Source: an uncultured Ignavibacteriales bacterium (lineage in GTDB: Bacteria > Zixibacteria > MSB-5A5 > GN15 > FEB-12). From it: DNA of 64,000 nt. A model generated the notes under the pieces. That model had not been told where the DNA came from. It worked only from the letters and a program-made list of their open reading frames with translations, and did not search any database. Shown piece by piece: positions 8,862 to 19,567 of this stretch. The DNA lies in contig CAYXJN010000003.1 of the NCBI GenBank assembly GCA_964464605.1, forward strand, positions 124,001-188,000. Direction: 5' to 3'. The translations under genes and the position numbers were made by a program. Position 1 is the stretch's first letter. Every line of letters starts with the position of its first letter.

Positions 8862-9932
8862 TTATTTCTTTTCTGCCAGCGCTTTCATATACGCAGGCCA
8901 GAACGGGTCCGACTCCGGAGAGGTTAGCGCTTTTGTTTGACCGCTCTCCACTATCCGCACACCTTTTTCTTTCGGAACAATCTCGCCGATTTCAAAGGCG
9001 GTAATCCCTTCATTACCCAAATGTGTTAACAATTCAGCTTTCTTATTCGGTCGGCAGGTCAACACAAGTGTCCCTTCGCTAGATGCTGAATATGGATCAA
9101 TCGAAAACAATGAGCATATTTGCTCTGTTACCTGCCGAATATGAATCGAGCTTCTATTGATCAGCATTCCGGTATTGGCTGCTTCTGCAATTTCGCACAG
9201 CGCGCCAAAGACACCCCGCTCAGTAGCGTCGTGCATCCCGGTTACACCGTTGCCTCTTACACCAATTTGCACGGCGGTAAGGGCATCTTTGACGACCGAC
9301 ATTTCATCAAAAACTGATTCCGCTTCTTTTGCTGTCTTGTCACCGCAGGCTGCACGGATTTCATCTGAAAACATGACACCCATAATCCCGGTTGTTTCGA
9401 TTGCCGCTCCTTTGGTGAGAATGACGGCATCATTGATCTGCGCCATCGATGGAGTGAGATACTTTTCCCTTTCCCCGACAGAAAAAATAGTCGCCCCGCC
9501 TAACATCGGATAGGAGCAGTCATCATACCATCCGGTGTGTCCGGTAACAATCGCGATTCCCAAATCGTTACACGCAGCATGGACCGCATCCCACAGCTGC
9601 TCAAATTCTTTTTCCGACATTTCCGGCGGAAGATTCAAGTCTATCGACAGGTATTGCGGTGGAATCCCGGAAGTTGTGGCATCGGAGGCGATAATATGCA
9701 CCGCGAACCAGGCTGCCCGTTTCCAGCCGAATTCCGGCACGACAAAGAACGGATCGGATGTCATAATCAGCACATTACCGTTCCCGATATCGATAATCCC
9801 GTTGTCACTCCCGACTTTCGGTCCAACCAGTACACTGCTGTTTTGCCGTCCTAATTTGGGCAAAATAGCCCGTTCAAACAGGCTGACGGAAACTTTGCCG
9901 GAAGCGGCTGGTTTTAAACGATTTTTTTGCAT
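8862..9932 (-). CDS. AIR synthase/PurM-like family protein (HypE-like, lacking the C-terminal PRIC)
   Basis: TSDP, ASDATTSG, VTGHT, MHDATERG, SSEGTL motifs; probable start ATG 9932 (ORF track begins 9983). Confidence 0.8.
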   Translation of the reverse strand: MQKNRLKPAASGKVSVSLFERAILPKLGRQNSSVLVGPKVGSDNGIIDIGNGNVLIMTSDPFFVVPEFGWKRAAWFAVHIIASDATTSGIPPQYLSIDLNLPPEMSEKEFEQLWDAVHAACNDLGIAIVTGHTGWYDDCSYPMLGGATIFSVGEREKYLTPSMAQINDAVILTKGAAIETTGIMGVMFSDEIRAACGDKTAKEAESVFDEMSVVKDALTAVQIGVRGNGVTGMHDATERGVFGALCEIAEAANTGMLINRSSIHIRQVTEQICSLFSIDPYSASSEGTLVLTCRPNKKAELLTHLGNEGITAFEIGEIVPKEKGVRIVESGQTKALTSPESDPFWPAYMKALAEKK

Positions 9933-10067
9933 TTCTTCGGGTACCTTACAAGTCAAAAAGCAAGGAAATCGGGGTATCGTCAAGCAGCTTGTAAACTATC
10001 TGTAAATACGCCGGAAACAATACTTTCACTGTTTTTTCCGTTAGGACTCACTCATATTACCCGTACC

Positions 10068-11723
10068 ATGAAAAAAATAATCCTGTCTCTCTTCGTTCCC
10101 CTTTGTATCGGACTCTCTCTACCGGTTTCTGCCCAGCAGGATACCACACTCGCGAAGCCGAAACTGGCTGTGCTTTTGGTTATTGACCAAATGATGCCAG
10201 AATTTCTCTCCCGTTTTGACAAATTCTATACCGGTGGATTCCGCCGTATCAACGACAATGCATTCGTGTTCGACAGCGGCGCGCATGACCATGCCTGCAC
10301 CGAAACCGGACCGGGGCATGCGACAATCGGCACCGGACGACACCCGTCAAAAAACGGTATCATTGCCAATGAATGGTACGATCGGAAACTCGATCGATCG
10401 ATGTACTGCGTAGAGGATTCCGCCACCACGCTCACCGGGCTGCCGGATCAAAAGGGATATTCCCCGCGTAACATCGCAACCGATGGGTTAGGCGACTGGC
10501 TCAAAAAAGCGAATCCCGCTAGCAAGGTTATCTCCCTTTCCCTAAAAGACCGTTCTGCGGTAGGAATGGGCGGACAGCATCCGGATGCGGCAGTCTGGTG
10601 GAATCGAAACGACGGAAACTTTGTGTCTTCAACGTATTATGATTCGATATTGCCGGCATGGGTAACTGCGTTCAACGAACGGCGCGTGTTTGATTCGCTA
10701 CGCAATAAAACATGGGAAAAAATATTGCCGGATTCCTGCTATGATCTTTCCACCTTCGACAGTTTCCCCGGTGAAAGCAACGGCCCGGATTTATTAAATA
10801 ATTTTCCTCATGAACTCACATGGGATTCTGCGAACACTAAACCGTTTACCCGGACATATTTGTATGTCTCCCCCTTCGCTGATGAAGCACTGCTCAATCT
10901 CAGCAAGGACGCGATTACCGTCGAACAACTCGGTACGGATAGTATTCCTGATTTGCTGGCACTCAGCCTTTCTTCTTCCGATGCAATCGGACACACCTAC
11001 GGCCCCAACAGTCAGGAAATTCAGGATTATTATATTCGTATCGATCGGAAACTCGGTGAGTTTTTCTCCTTTTTAGATTCGACTGTCGGCGCACAATCCT
11101 ACGTTGTCGCGCTTTCAGCTGATCATGGTGTGCTCCCCTTGCCGGAATATCTCGATATGTTCGGCATTCCCAGCGAACGGATTTTAACTAAAACTATGGA
11201 TTCGGATTTAGAGCAGATTATCACAAGAATGGAATCGGAAGGACTCGGTAAAAAAGACTGGATAAAAGGAAATCCGCAGGAAGTATATCTCGTCGCCGAT
11301 TCCGGTACGACTGACTCAGTAAAAACAGCGGTCATCAACCGCCTGCAGAATGAGCTAAAATTGCTGCCATATGTTGCGGATGCCTACACAAGAGCCCAAA
11401 TGATGACCAAGATGCAAAGCCCGGATCCGTTTTTGACATACTACCGCAACAGCTTCTTCCCTGCCCGCTTTGCTGATTTGATTGTTCGCTACAAAGAAAA
11501 TAATTTGATGTTCGCCTCACAGTATGGTACTACTCACGGGACACCTTATTGGTATGACCGGCATGTACCGTTGCTCTTTTTTGGCGCGGGAGTAACGAAG
11601 GGGAATAACCCGAAACCGGCGCGGACAGTCGATATTTCCGTGACGATTGCGGCGATGCTTAAAATAAAGACACCAAAAGATGTTGACGGTGAATCACTCT
11701 TGTCAGCAATTCATCATCAGTAA
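10068..11723 (+). CDS. Secreted alkaline phosphatase superfamily protein (PafA-like)
   Basis: Signal peptide MKKIILSL, VIDQM, TETGPGHATIGTG (Thr nucleophile), SLKDRSA, DAIGH, ADHG, THGTPY. Confidence 0.9.
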   Translation: MKKIILSLFVPLCIGLSLPVSAQQDTTLAKPKLAVLLVIDQMMPEFLSRFDKFYTGGFRRINDNAFVFDSGAHDHACTETGPGHATIGTGRHPSKNGIIANEWYDRKLDRSMYCVEDSATTLTGLPDQKGYSPRNIATDGLGDWLKKANPASKVISLSLKDRSAVGMGGQHPDAAVWWNRNDGNFVSSTYYDSILPAWVTAFNERRVFDSLRNKTWEKILPDSCYDLSTFDSFPGESNGPDLLNNFPHELTWDSANTKPFTRTYLYVSPFADEALLNLSKDAITVEQLGTDSIPDLLALSLSSSDAIGHTYGPNSQEIQDYYIRIDRKLGEFFSFLDSTVGAQSYVVALSADHGVLPLPEYLDMFGIPSERILTKTMDSDLEQIITRMESEGLGKKDWIKGNPQEVYLVADSGTTDSVKTAVINRLQNELKLLPYVADAYTRAQMMTKMQSPDPFLTYYRNSFFPARFADLIVRYKENNLMFASQYGTTHGTPYWYDRHVPLLFFGAGVTKGNNPKPARTVDISVTIAAMLKIKTPKDVDGESLLSAIHHQ

Positions 11724-11737
11724 AGTTCTTTGCGGTA

Positions 11738-13708
11738 TTACGGGCAGTGCGGCGGCGGCCCACCGTTGAACAGATAATTCACCAAATAAACTAAATCAGC
11801 TACGGTTATTCCTCCGCTGCCGTTCACATTGGCTGCGTTCAAATTCGGCGGCGGGTTTCCGTTTTGGAAAAGATAACTAACCAAATAGACCAAGTCACTT
11901 ATTACCGGCCCAGCGCCGTTCCCATTCACATCACCGGGACGATACGGACAAAACACCCGCATCATGACATTCAGTTCGGTCGTATCACCGGAAGAAATGG
12001 CAACATTGTTAATCACCGTGTCGGCGAAACCGGGACCTGAAAAAAGCACCGAGTAGGTTCCCGGGAATATCTGGGTAAGACTGTACTCACCATCAATTGA
12101 CGAGGAATCTACTCTCGCCGGTGAGAGTATTTCCGCCTGAACACCGGCAAGCGGCGCTGAAGCAATATCTGAAACTACGCCGCGTACGACACCGAGCGAC
12201 GAGGCATTCCAGACATGCACCGTACCGATTGACCAATCCCAGGTTGTCGTGCCGCCATCGGTAATGGAAGCGCCGACATAATAATAACCGCTGTCTATAT
12301 AACTGGAATTGACAATCTGCATACCGGCTGCTGCCGGAGTGTTGACGGATGTCGGTATCACCACCGCGCTATCGGTAAAATTCGGCTCACGGTTTAACCA
12401 GATTGTCACCCAGCGCTCATCATTTTCCGGATCGCTGCTGGTCCAGGTAACCGGCAGGGTTTCGATACCGTGAATGATATCGACATTGCCGGATGTCTGC
12501 GATGTCACCTGTACCGCCGGCGGGTTATTGGCTGGCGGATCGATTCTGAGTTCATAATAGGGATTGGTGGCATCCAGATACCCGTATACACGAATGAAAT
12601 ACCATCCCTTTGTCAATCCGTTTAGCAAAATCTTTTCTCTATTCGTGCTGCCGTCCGACTGGCGGAGCACTGTACCGCTGGCATTGCAGATTTGCAAATC
12701 AAGATCGCCGATCGAATGCTGGAATAAAATAACGACCGAATCGTTAGAACTGCCGGTACTGTTGTTGTAGAATTTGAAAATATCGGCATTGCCGGCCTGA
12801 TGAATCCCCAATGCCGTAATTTCAGTATATGGATTAGTCGGTCCCAAATGCGGGCTATTCGGTGCGCCAACTACGCGGGCAGTAACGGAATCAAAGGTAT
12901 TATTCGGTTCGTAGGAATCAGGAAGAAATGCACCCGGATTACCGATCACCACTTGAATGCGGGTGATATTGTTGGTTTCATCCTTTTCCAGAAAATGATC
13001 TTCCGGGTCTGCCTCCGATTCGAGCCAGTAGATTCCGTCGGGCAGACCGGTGATATCAATATTTTGTCCTTCTAAATCTTTCGAATAAATATCTGCCCAG
13101 CCGACTGACAACCCCTGCACGGTATTTCCGCAGGAGAAGAAGCGCCCATCCGGATCAAAATTCGGCAGCTGCGTATCATAAATATCCAAATCCAGAATAC
13201 AGAAACTGGTTTTTCCGCCGGTTGCAACAATAGCACCGACACCGTTGCCGGGAAGCACTTCCCGCAAGCGATAGGTACACCAGTCTTCGACATGGATATG
13301 ATCATGGAATTGATGGAACACAAATTTACCGGCCAGACGCTCCCAAAAGGTGCCGTCATCCCGATAAATTCGTTGATTCACATCCTGAGTCTGACCACCG
13401 CCCAAACCACCGCCGTTGCCGAGGCCACGGGCGTAAAGCGGCCCGTCACCGATATTTGGTGTGCCGTTGGAAAGCCTGAGATGTTTGTGACCCGGCTGGA
13501 TACTCGTAACAATATCGTGATCCAAAAGATCAGATTCACGAATAATAATATCAGGTAATAAATCAACCGCCTGTCCTGCCTTTACCCGCTGTTCTTTGGT
13601 TGCCTGTTCAGCCGAAGATGCTTCTGAAGCCAAAGGGGCTGTCGCACCCATTCCGAAGGTTATCACCAGAAATGCGGCTGTCTGCGTCAGTCTGTTGCGA
13701 TTAATCAT
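11738..13708 (-). CDS. Secreted lysyl oxidase-like protein with PPC, Ig/carboxypeptidase-regulatory-like and dockerin domains
   Basis: NIGDGPL, HQFHDHIH, KTSFCILD, QGLSVGWADIY, IDITGLPDGIY...ETNN; DSYEPNN..GWYFIRVYGY; duplicated SDLVYLVSYLF/ADLVYLVNYLF. Confidence 0.85.
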   Translation of the reverse strand: MINRNRLTQTAAFLVITFGMGATAPLASEASSAEQATKEQRVKAGQAVDLLPDIIIRESDLLDHDIVTSIQPGHKHLRLSNGTPNIGDGPLYARGLGNGGGLGGGQTQDVNQRIYRDDGTFWERLAGKFVFHQFHDHIHVEDWCTYRLREVLPGNGVGAIVATGGKTSFCILDLDIYDTQLPNFDPDGRFFSCGNTVQGLSVGWADIYSKDLEGQNIDITGLPDGIYWLESEADPEDHFLEKDETNNITRIQVVIGNPGAFLPDSYEPNNTFDSVTARVVGAPNSPHLGPTNPYTEITALGIHQAGNADIFKFYNNSTGSSNDSVVILFQHSIGDLDLQICNASGTVLRQSDGSTNREKILLNGLTKGWYFIRVYGYLDATNPYYELRIDPPANNPPAVQVTSQTSGNVDIIHGIETLPVTWTSSDPENDERWVTIWLNREPNFTDSAVVIPTSVNTPAAAGMQIVNSSYIDSGYYYVGASITDGGTTTWDWSIGTVHVWNASSLGVVRGVVSDIASAPLAGVQAEILSPARVDSSSIDGEYSLTQIFPGTYSVLFSGPGFADTVINNVAISSGDTTELNVMMRVFCPYRPGDVNGNGAGPVISDLVYLVSYLFQNGNPPPNLNAANVNGSGGITVADLVYLVNYLFNGGPPPHCP

Positions 13709-13796
13709 CTACCATTCTCCTTCGCATCCCCGTTATGCGTAAAAGGTACGGAGAAATAGCGGCAATGCAACGATAAAAAGCATGGTTTAAAACCAG

Positions 13797-13826
13797 AAAA
13801 AAAGAGCAGGAGATGCCTGCTCTTTC
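13797..13826 (-). terminator. Intrinsic terminator of the SET gene
   Basis: GAGCAGG-AGATG-CCTGCTC stem with an A7 run on the left (U-tract on minus). Confidence 0.75.
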
Positions 13827-13843
13827 GCATTTCGTACGCAAAT

Positions 13844-14374
13844 TTACTGTTTCGCTGTCATGTTTTTAGGAATCAGATGCCGCTTCTTTTTGGGCACGAG
13901 CAAAATAGTCCCGCGGCAAGTTTCCGCCTTGCAATGGCAGGGATAGAACTTGATAAGGTTCCGTGTAATCGGCTCTGATACTTCAAAATGGTAGTCGTAA
14001 ACTAGCTCTTCTCCAGGCTGAATGGTACGGGTGGCATAAATAAAGACCCGTTTATTTTCAATTGCCGCTTCACAATTCGGATCGCAGGAATGGTTGATAA
14101 AGCGTGCTTCATTCCCTCCCTGACCCGCATCGATAGTTGTTTTTTTATCGATCCCGAAAAGAAAAGTGTGGTGACGCTCCATATCATTTTCGTTGTAATA
14201 CGTAGCCTCGTCATCGGGATGAATTCGGCGACCGGTGTACTCGACAATCCGGGTGCCTTTGCGAATCTTGCGAACGGCAAAGGCTCCCCGCCCCTGAATT
14301 TTGGAGCGTTTTACTTTGAAGAACGTCTGGTGTAGTTTGTAGCTCATAGGACTCTTTTGTGTTTGTTGAAGCAT
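13844..14374 (-). CDS. SET domain protein (lysine methyltransferase family) with post-SET Cys cluster
   Basis: GRGAFA, EYTG, RFINHSCDPN, GEELVYDY, CHCKAETCRG; start ATG 14374 has a GGAGG SD. Confidence 0.92.
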   Translation of the reverse strand: MLQQTQKSPMSYKLHQTFFKVKRSKIQGRGAFAVRKIRKGTRIVEYTGRRIHPDDEATYYNENDMERHHTFLFGIDKKTTIDAGQGGNEARFINHSCDPNCEAAIENKRVFIYATRTIQPGEELVYDYHFEVSEPITRNLIKFYPCHCKAETCRGTILLVPKKKRHLIPKNMTAKQ

Positions 14375-14488
14375 CTGCTTCGGCCTCCGGTGGGTGATTC
14401 CTTGTCTATCGGAGGGGAGCAAATATAATGCTTATCCCTCAAAATTCAACCGCCTGCGTCGATTCCCTGTAACCCATTGTCTACAAAC

Positions 14489-14517
14489 AAGAAAGCCCCG
14501 TTTCCGGGGTTTTCTTC
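14489..14517 (-). terminator. Intrinsic terminator (possibly bidirectional)
   Basis: AAGAAAGCCCCG-TTTC-CGGGGTTTTCTT inverted repeat. Confidence 0.65.
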
Positions 14518-14569
14518 TATTTATCGGCAGTCTTGCTTACTGCAAGGCTTTACCTACTCATTGCAGATA

Positions 14570-15463
14570 TTAGAGGGTCGGTTCACCGCCGCAGGGGAGT
14601 TCGAGTTCCCACTCAAATTCACCGTTATTGGCCGAAATACTGATCGTACCTTCAGCAAAGGTTGCTTTCCAGTACCAGCTACCGTCAAATGAACCGGTAC
14701 CTTCTTCCGTTTCGCAAACCGAGCTAACCGTTCCCATCATGGTTACAGAACCGAGAATCGGGCAGGTTTCGCTGGCCTGAAGCGCCGGCAAGGTTGTAGT
14801 AACATCATCGAATGACGCATCCATATTCAGGTCAGTATTGCAACCGGAGGTAAGACCGTTTGCTTCTACCTGATGATTGACGCCGCCGTTGATTTTGATT
14901 TCACCGCCACCCGGTATGGCACCCGGCTCACCGGTGACAGACCAATGAGAAGAAGCGGTAATCGTAAAGCTGCCATCTTCATTTTCAAAGCTGATAACCG
15001 CTAACTGACCACAGCGAACTTCAGTCACAGCTTCCGTATTCGGCCACTGCACGGCACTATCCCCTTCACGGAACTGAATAGAATCCTGATACACGGCCGT
15101 TACGCCGCGGGAGGTATCGGTATAACTCCAGTACGTGTGCCAGTAGTGGGAAGCATCGTTATAGGTGGCTACAAAAGAATCTGTTTCCGCTGAGGCAAAG
15201 TGCCCACTGAAAGCATTACGGTCCTTGGAGATTGGGCTGCTGCTCATGCCGAGAATCATTCCGCACTGCTCGAACATACCATCAACCATATCACCGCTGA
15301 CATCGCTTAATCCGCTGGCGACGTCCTGAAAATCCTGAAACTCCTGACTTTCCGGATCACCCGGTTCAAGATTCGTGCCTTTGTTGCTGCTTTCACAGCC
15401 GACCAAAGCCAAAGCTCCGGCTAAAACAGCAGTTGTCGTAAGTCCTGCAAGAAACTTAGTCAT
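14570..15463 (-). CDS. Hypothetical acidic lipoprotein
   Basis: MTKFLAGL...LALVGC lipobox; GAGGAGG SD before ATG 15463. Confidence 0.75.
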   Translation of the reverse strand: MTKFLAGLTTTAVLAGALALVGCESSNKGTNLEPGDPESQEFQDFQDVASGLSDVSGDMVDGMFEQCGMILGMSSSPISKDRNAFSGHFASAETDSFVATYNDASHYWHTYWSYTDTSRGVTAVYQDSIQFREGDSAVQWPNTEAVTEVRCGQLAVISFENEDGSFTITASSHWSVTGEPGAIPGGGEIKINGGVNHQVEANGLTSGCNTDLNMDASFDDVTTTLPALQASETCPILGSVTMMGTVSSVCETEEGTGSFDGSWYWKATFAEGTISISANNGEFEWELELPCGGEPTL

Positions 15464-15617
15464 TACTGAGACCTCCTCGATGTATTTATTTGCATGGGTT
15501 TTCTCGTGGATGCACTTAGTATCGACAGCTGTTTTTTCTGATTTCACCCGATTTCCTAACAATCGAAAATCTGCCCAAAAAGCGGACAGACAACCCATTG
15601 TTTGAAAACTGAACAAC

Positions 15618-15647
15618 AAAAAACGACCGGGGTATTCACCCGGTCGT
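15618..15647 (-). terminator. Intrinsic terminator of msrA
   Basis: ACGACCGGG-GTATTCA-CCCGGTCGT stem with an A-run. Confidence 0.7.
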
Positions 15648-15672
15648 CATAAATAAACGCTAACGTGATTTG

Positions 15673-16236
15673 TTAGTTTTTGATGTGACAGGAAGGAGCG
15701 CCCCGTTTTGCCAAGTATTGCTGATGATATTCTTCAGCCTTATAAAACGGTACAGCCTGCACGATTTGCGTTACCACCGGCCGTTTGAATTTGCCGCTTT
15801 TATCCAGCGCCTGTTTTGATGCTTCCGCTATTTTCTGCTGTTCCGGCGAATGATAAAACACCGCCGAACGATATTGTGAACCGTAGTCCGGTCCCTGACG
15901 GTTGAACTGCGTCGGGTCATGATTTTCCCAGAAGATATTCAGCAACTGCTCGTAGCTGACAACCTTCGGATCAAACTCAATTTCGATTGCTTCCGCATGA
16001 CCGGTAGTATCAGAGCAGACTTCTTTATACGTCGGATTCACCGTCGCACCGCCCGTATACCCGACCTGTGTCGATACGACGCCTTTAACCATACGGAATG
16101 TTTCTTCTACACCCCAAAAACAGCCTGCCGCAAATGTCGCCTTCTCCAATTTCTTTTCCTCCTTCTTGGCAGTATCAGCAAAAGCGACTACCGCCGCGAT
16201 CAACGCCAGACTTACCAACAAACCGAATACTTTCAT
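15673..16236 (-). CDS. msrA: Peptide-methionine (S)-S-oxide reductase with signal peptide
   Basis: [33 protein letters not shown]. Confidence 0.96.
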   Translation of the reverse strand: MKVFGLLVSLALIAAVVAFADTAKKEEKKLEKATFAAGCFWGVEETFRMVKGVVSTQVGYTGGATVNPTYKEVCSDTTGHAEAIEIEFDPKVVSYEQLLNIFWENHDPTQFNRQGPDYGSQYRSAVFYHSPEQQKIAEASKQALDKSGKFKRPVVTQIVQAVPFYKAEEYHQQYLAKRGAPSCHIKN

Positions 16237-16358
16237 ATATCCTCCGATTTACCTATTGAACCGTTCGGACCGGTTACTGGTTCCGCCCGGCCGGTTATTA
16301 CATTTAGCCATTGGACGGAGGAGAAGAGAAAATCTTACAACGATTACAAGATAATGAA

Positions 16359-17840
16359 TCAGCGTCGGGTTCCGCCAAATAATGACCCGAGAATCCCCCG
16401 CACGACCTGTCGGCCGATCTGCGACCCGACCGCACGGGCGGCGCTTTTGGCAAAAGCATCCCCAAGGCTGTCCGGCTGGCGACCCCGTCTGCGGGTAGTT
16501 GACCCGCCCAGCATATCCCCAAGCATATCGAATCCGGTATTGCCGCTTTGTGGTGCCGGCCGTTCTGCGCGTTGTTTTAAGCGTTCATAAGCAGATTCAC
16601 GATCAACGGCATTCGTGTATTGGCCATGAATCAATGATTTCTGCAGCACACCGTTACGCTCGGATATATCGATAGGCCCAATCTGACTTTGCGGCGGACA
16701 AATATGCGCACGCTCGACCATACCGGGTGTACCTTTTTCATCTAAAAATGAAACGAGTGCTTCCCCGATTCCAAGTTCAGTTATAGCAGTGTTGACATCG
16801 ACTTTCGGATTCGAACGAAATGTTTCCGCTGCCGCTTTTACCGCTTTTTTATCCTGCGGGGTAAAAGCGCGGAGCGCATGCTGCACTCTATTTCCTAATT
16901 GTCCTAAAACCGTCTGCGGAATATCGAGCGGATTTTGTGTGACGAAATAAATACCGACTCCCTTGGAGCGAATCAACCGCACGACTTGCTCGATTTTATC
17001 TTCCAACGCTTTGGGTGCATCTTCAAAAAGCAGATGCGCTTCATCGAAGAAGAACACCAACTTCGGTTTTTCCATATCACCGACTTCCGGCAACTGCTCA
17101 AACAGTTCAGCCAAAAGCCAGAGCAAACAGGTAGCATATGTTTTTGGAGATTGATACAGCTTATCAGCCGCGAGGATATTAATCATTCCGCGTCCATTGG
17201 CATCGGTCTGCATCAAGTCATCAAGATTAAGTGCCGGCTCTCCGAAGAAACTCCCCGCACCTTGCTCTTCCAGTGTGAGCAAATTGCGCTGAATCGCACC
17301 GATACTGGCTGAGGAGACATTCCCATACGTCGCGAATATCTGTTTCGCATTATCGCCGACATACTGCACCATCGCGCGAAGATCTTTCATGTCCAAAAGC
17401 AAAAGACCGTTTTCATCGGCGGCTTTAAACACAATCTGTAAAACACCGCTTTGTGTATCATTCAAATTTAACAGGCGGCTGAGTAACAACGGCCCCATAT
17501 CGGAAATAGTCGTGCGGAGCGAGTTCCCTTGCTGGCCATAGACATCCCAAAACTCGACCGGATACGCCAACCCGGAAAAATTGGTTAATCCAAGCTGTTT
17601 TGCGCGTTCGACAATCGCCGGTTTTTGTCCTCCCGGTTTACTGATTCCGGAGAGATCCCCTTTCACATCGGCTAAAAAGACTGGTACGCCGATACTGCTG
17701 AACCGTTCGGCCATCACCTGCAGCGTGACCGTTTTACCGGTTCCGGTGGCTCCGGCGATTAAACCGTGACGGTTCGCCATTCTCGGATGAATCGCGATTT
17801 CAATTTCACTCTTGGCAACAACTAACGGGGAAATACTCAT
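16359..17840 (-). CDS. DUF853/YjgR HerA-like ATPase
   Basis: [37 protein letters not shown]. Confidence 0.93.
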   Translation of the reverse strand: MSISPLVVAKSEIEIAIHPRMANRHGLIAGATGTGKTVTLQVMAERFSSIGVPVFLADVKGDLSGISKPGGQKPAIVERAKQLGLTNFSGLAYPVEFWDVYGQQGNSLRTTISDMGPLLLSRLLNLNDTQSGVLQIVFKAADENGLLLLDMKDLRAMVQYVGDNAKQIFATYGNVSSASIGAIQRNLLTLEEQGAGSFFGEPALNLDDLMQTDANGRGMINILAADKLYQSPKTYATCLLWLLAELFEQLPEVGDMEKPKLVFFFDEAHLLFEDAPKALEDKIEQVVRLIRSKGVGIYFVTQNPLDIPQTVLGQLGNRVQHALRAFTPQDKKAVKAAAETFRSNPKVDVNTAITELGIGEALVSFLDEKGTPGMVERAHICPPQSQIGPIDISERNGVLQKSLIHGQYTNAVDRESAYERLKQRAERPAPQSGNTGFDMLGDMLGGSTTRRRGRQPDSLGDAFAKSAARAVGSQIGRQVVRGILGSLFGGTRR

Positions 17841-17889
17841 GTGGACAATGATAGCAAATTGACCGAGATACTGGCAAGTAGCAGAAAAG

Positions 17890-18192
17890 TTATTGTTTCC
17901 GTATCAACGCCGCTCGCATCGGGGCAAGCTCATAGGTCATCAGTCCACCAATAACCGTTGGGTCATTCGCGCCTATCGTGTGCGCGTCCGCTTCGGTTTC
18001 GACATCGACAATCCCCAGCCCCCACGCCCCGTGTTTCGGGTCGAACACCGGCCCGACGACAATAGCCGTCCCCTTTTCGCATAAATCTTTCCAATACAAA
18101 AAATGTTTACCCATTAGTTCCTGCTCATCGGGAGTCATATCGTCTGCAAATGTTTTGCGCGGGGGAATAAGTTTGATTAGAAATTGCTGCAC
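17890..18192 (-). CDS. YciI family protein
   Basis: H..Y, GPVFDP, NDP motifs; probable GTG start at 18192 just after the symporter stop. Confidence 0.75.
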   Translation of the reverse strand: MQQFLIKLIPPRKTFADDMTPDEQELMGKHFLYWKDLCEKGTAIVVGPVFDPKHGAWGLGIVDVETEADAHTIGANDPTVIGGLMTYELAPMRAALIRKQ

Positions 18193-18193
18193 A

Positions 18194-19510
18194 TTAAATC
18201 CAATTCTTTTCGGCTGTTGTTGCCAACGCATGCCCTTCCGAATGGGCGACATAGGTTGCAGCAGTTATATCTCCCGCGACATTGACTGTCGTGCGGCACA
18301 TATCGAGTACCCGATCGACCCCCAGAATAATCGCAATCAAAGTCGGGTTCATATTCATCGTCGCAAGCACAACCACAATAAACGGAATCGACCCCGATGG
18401 CACTCCGGCCGTTCCGATTGCACCTAAAATCGCCAGATACGCCACCATAATCTGCTGGCCGAGAGACAAATCTATCCCCGCCAACTGCGCGAGAAACAAA
18501 ACAGTCACCCCTTCATAAATAGCAGTCCCGTTCTGATTCGCTGTTGCCCCGACCGTCAGCACGAAGTTGTTGATATTGCGCGGGACATTCAGATTATGCT
18601 CAGTTACGGCCAGTGAAGTCGGCAGGGTTGCATTCGATGATGAAGTCGAAAAGGCGGTAAGCATAATCGTCTTAATCCGTCGGAAGAAATCAATCGGTGA
18701 AAGTTTCGATAGCAGTTTCACTGAGATCGAATAGACACCGAACATCTGCAAGCTCAATCCGAGCAGCACCGTGATAACAAACCAGGCCAATGCGCTGAGC
18801 AAAGATGCGCCAAACTGCGCGATGTTCGTAAATAACAAACAGGCCACCGCAAACGGAGCGGCGTACATGATAAGGTCAATTATTTTCGCTGAAATTTTAA
18901 AGAGTGAATCGCACAGATCGAGCATAGGCTTGCTGATGCTATTCGATAAAAGCGTCGCGCCGATTCCGAGGATGAGCGCGAAGAACATCAGATGCAAAAG
19001 ATTCGGTGGATCGCTCGCCATTGCCGTCAGCGGATTGCTCGGCACAATCGTTTTGACTATCTGCATGAGCGGTGAATCGTTTGAATTTCCTTTTTGCGAT
19101 GATTCAATTCGTTTCTGCGCATCGGCTCCGTATTTTTCTTCAAGCGCCTGCGCGGTCGCCGGATCAACTCGTGTTCCGGGCTGGATTATATTCGTAATCG
19201 CAATCGCGATAACTACTGAAATCGCAGAAATAATCAGGGTATAGGCAACCGATTTCCCGCCTATCCGCCCCAGCGCGCGAATGTCGCCGATGCCTGCTAC
19301 TCCAACCACCAACGATGAAAACACGAGCGGAATCACCATCATCAAAAGCAGCCGCAAAAACAGCGTACCGACCGGTTCGGTGATATGCCGAATTGTCCAG
19401 ACTATTCCGGCGTTATCCCCACCCCAAATCGCATTCGCCCCGATACCGGCGGCTGCACCGATAACAAGACCTAACAGAACACGGGTATGTAAGGGGATTT
19501 TTTTAGGCAT
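18194..19510 (-). CDS. Dicarboxylate/amino acid:cation symporter (DAACS, GltP-like)
   Basis: AFSTSSSNATLP, GATANQNGT, GTAGVP, DRVLDMCRTTVNVAGD. Confidence 0.93.
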   Translation of the reverse strand: MPKKIPLHTRVLLGLVIGAAAGIGANAIWGGDNAGIVWTIRHITEPVGTLFLRLLLMMVIPLVFSSLVVGVAGIGDIRALGRIGGKSVAYTLIISAISVVIAIAITNIIQPGTRVDPATAQALEEKYGADAQKRIESSQKGNSNDSPLMQIVKTIVPSNPLTAMASDPPNLLHLMFFALILGIGATLLSNSISKPMLDLCDSLFKISAKIIDLIMYAAPFAVACLLFTNIAQFGASLLSALAWFVITVLLGLSLQMFGVYSISVKLLSKLSPIDFFRRIKTIMLTAFSTSSSNATLPTSLAVTEHNLNVPRNINNFVLTVGATANQNGTAIYEGVTVLFLAQLAGIDLSLGQQIMVAYLAILGAIGTAGVPSGSIPFIVVVLATMNMNPTLIAIILGVDRVLDMCRTTVNVAGDITAATYVAHSEGHALATTAEKNWI

Positions 19511-19538
19511 GAACGAAAATTCCTGCGTACATAGGGCA

Positions 19539-19567
19539 ATGATAATGAATTAAACTGCGCAGGTCAA
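19539..19567 (-). promoter_or_regulatory. Sigma70-like promoter for the symporter
   Basis: Minus strand TTGACC-17 bp-TATCAT. Confidence 0.55.

Noticed and set aside
8862..9932. HypE hydrogenase maturation call
   Set aside because: Lacks the essential C-terminal PR(I/V)C, and no hyp genes are nearby
9933..10067. TPP riboswitch upstream of the AIR-synthase/thiL operon
   Set aside because: The conserved CTGAGA core is absent on the minus strand
15919..16590. Long antisense ORFs (this one, 38787-39371, 57864-58487, 62254-62871 and similar)
   Set aside because: Shadows of well-supported genes on the opposite strand
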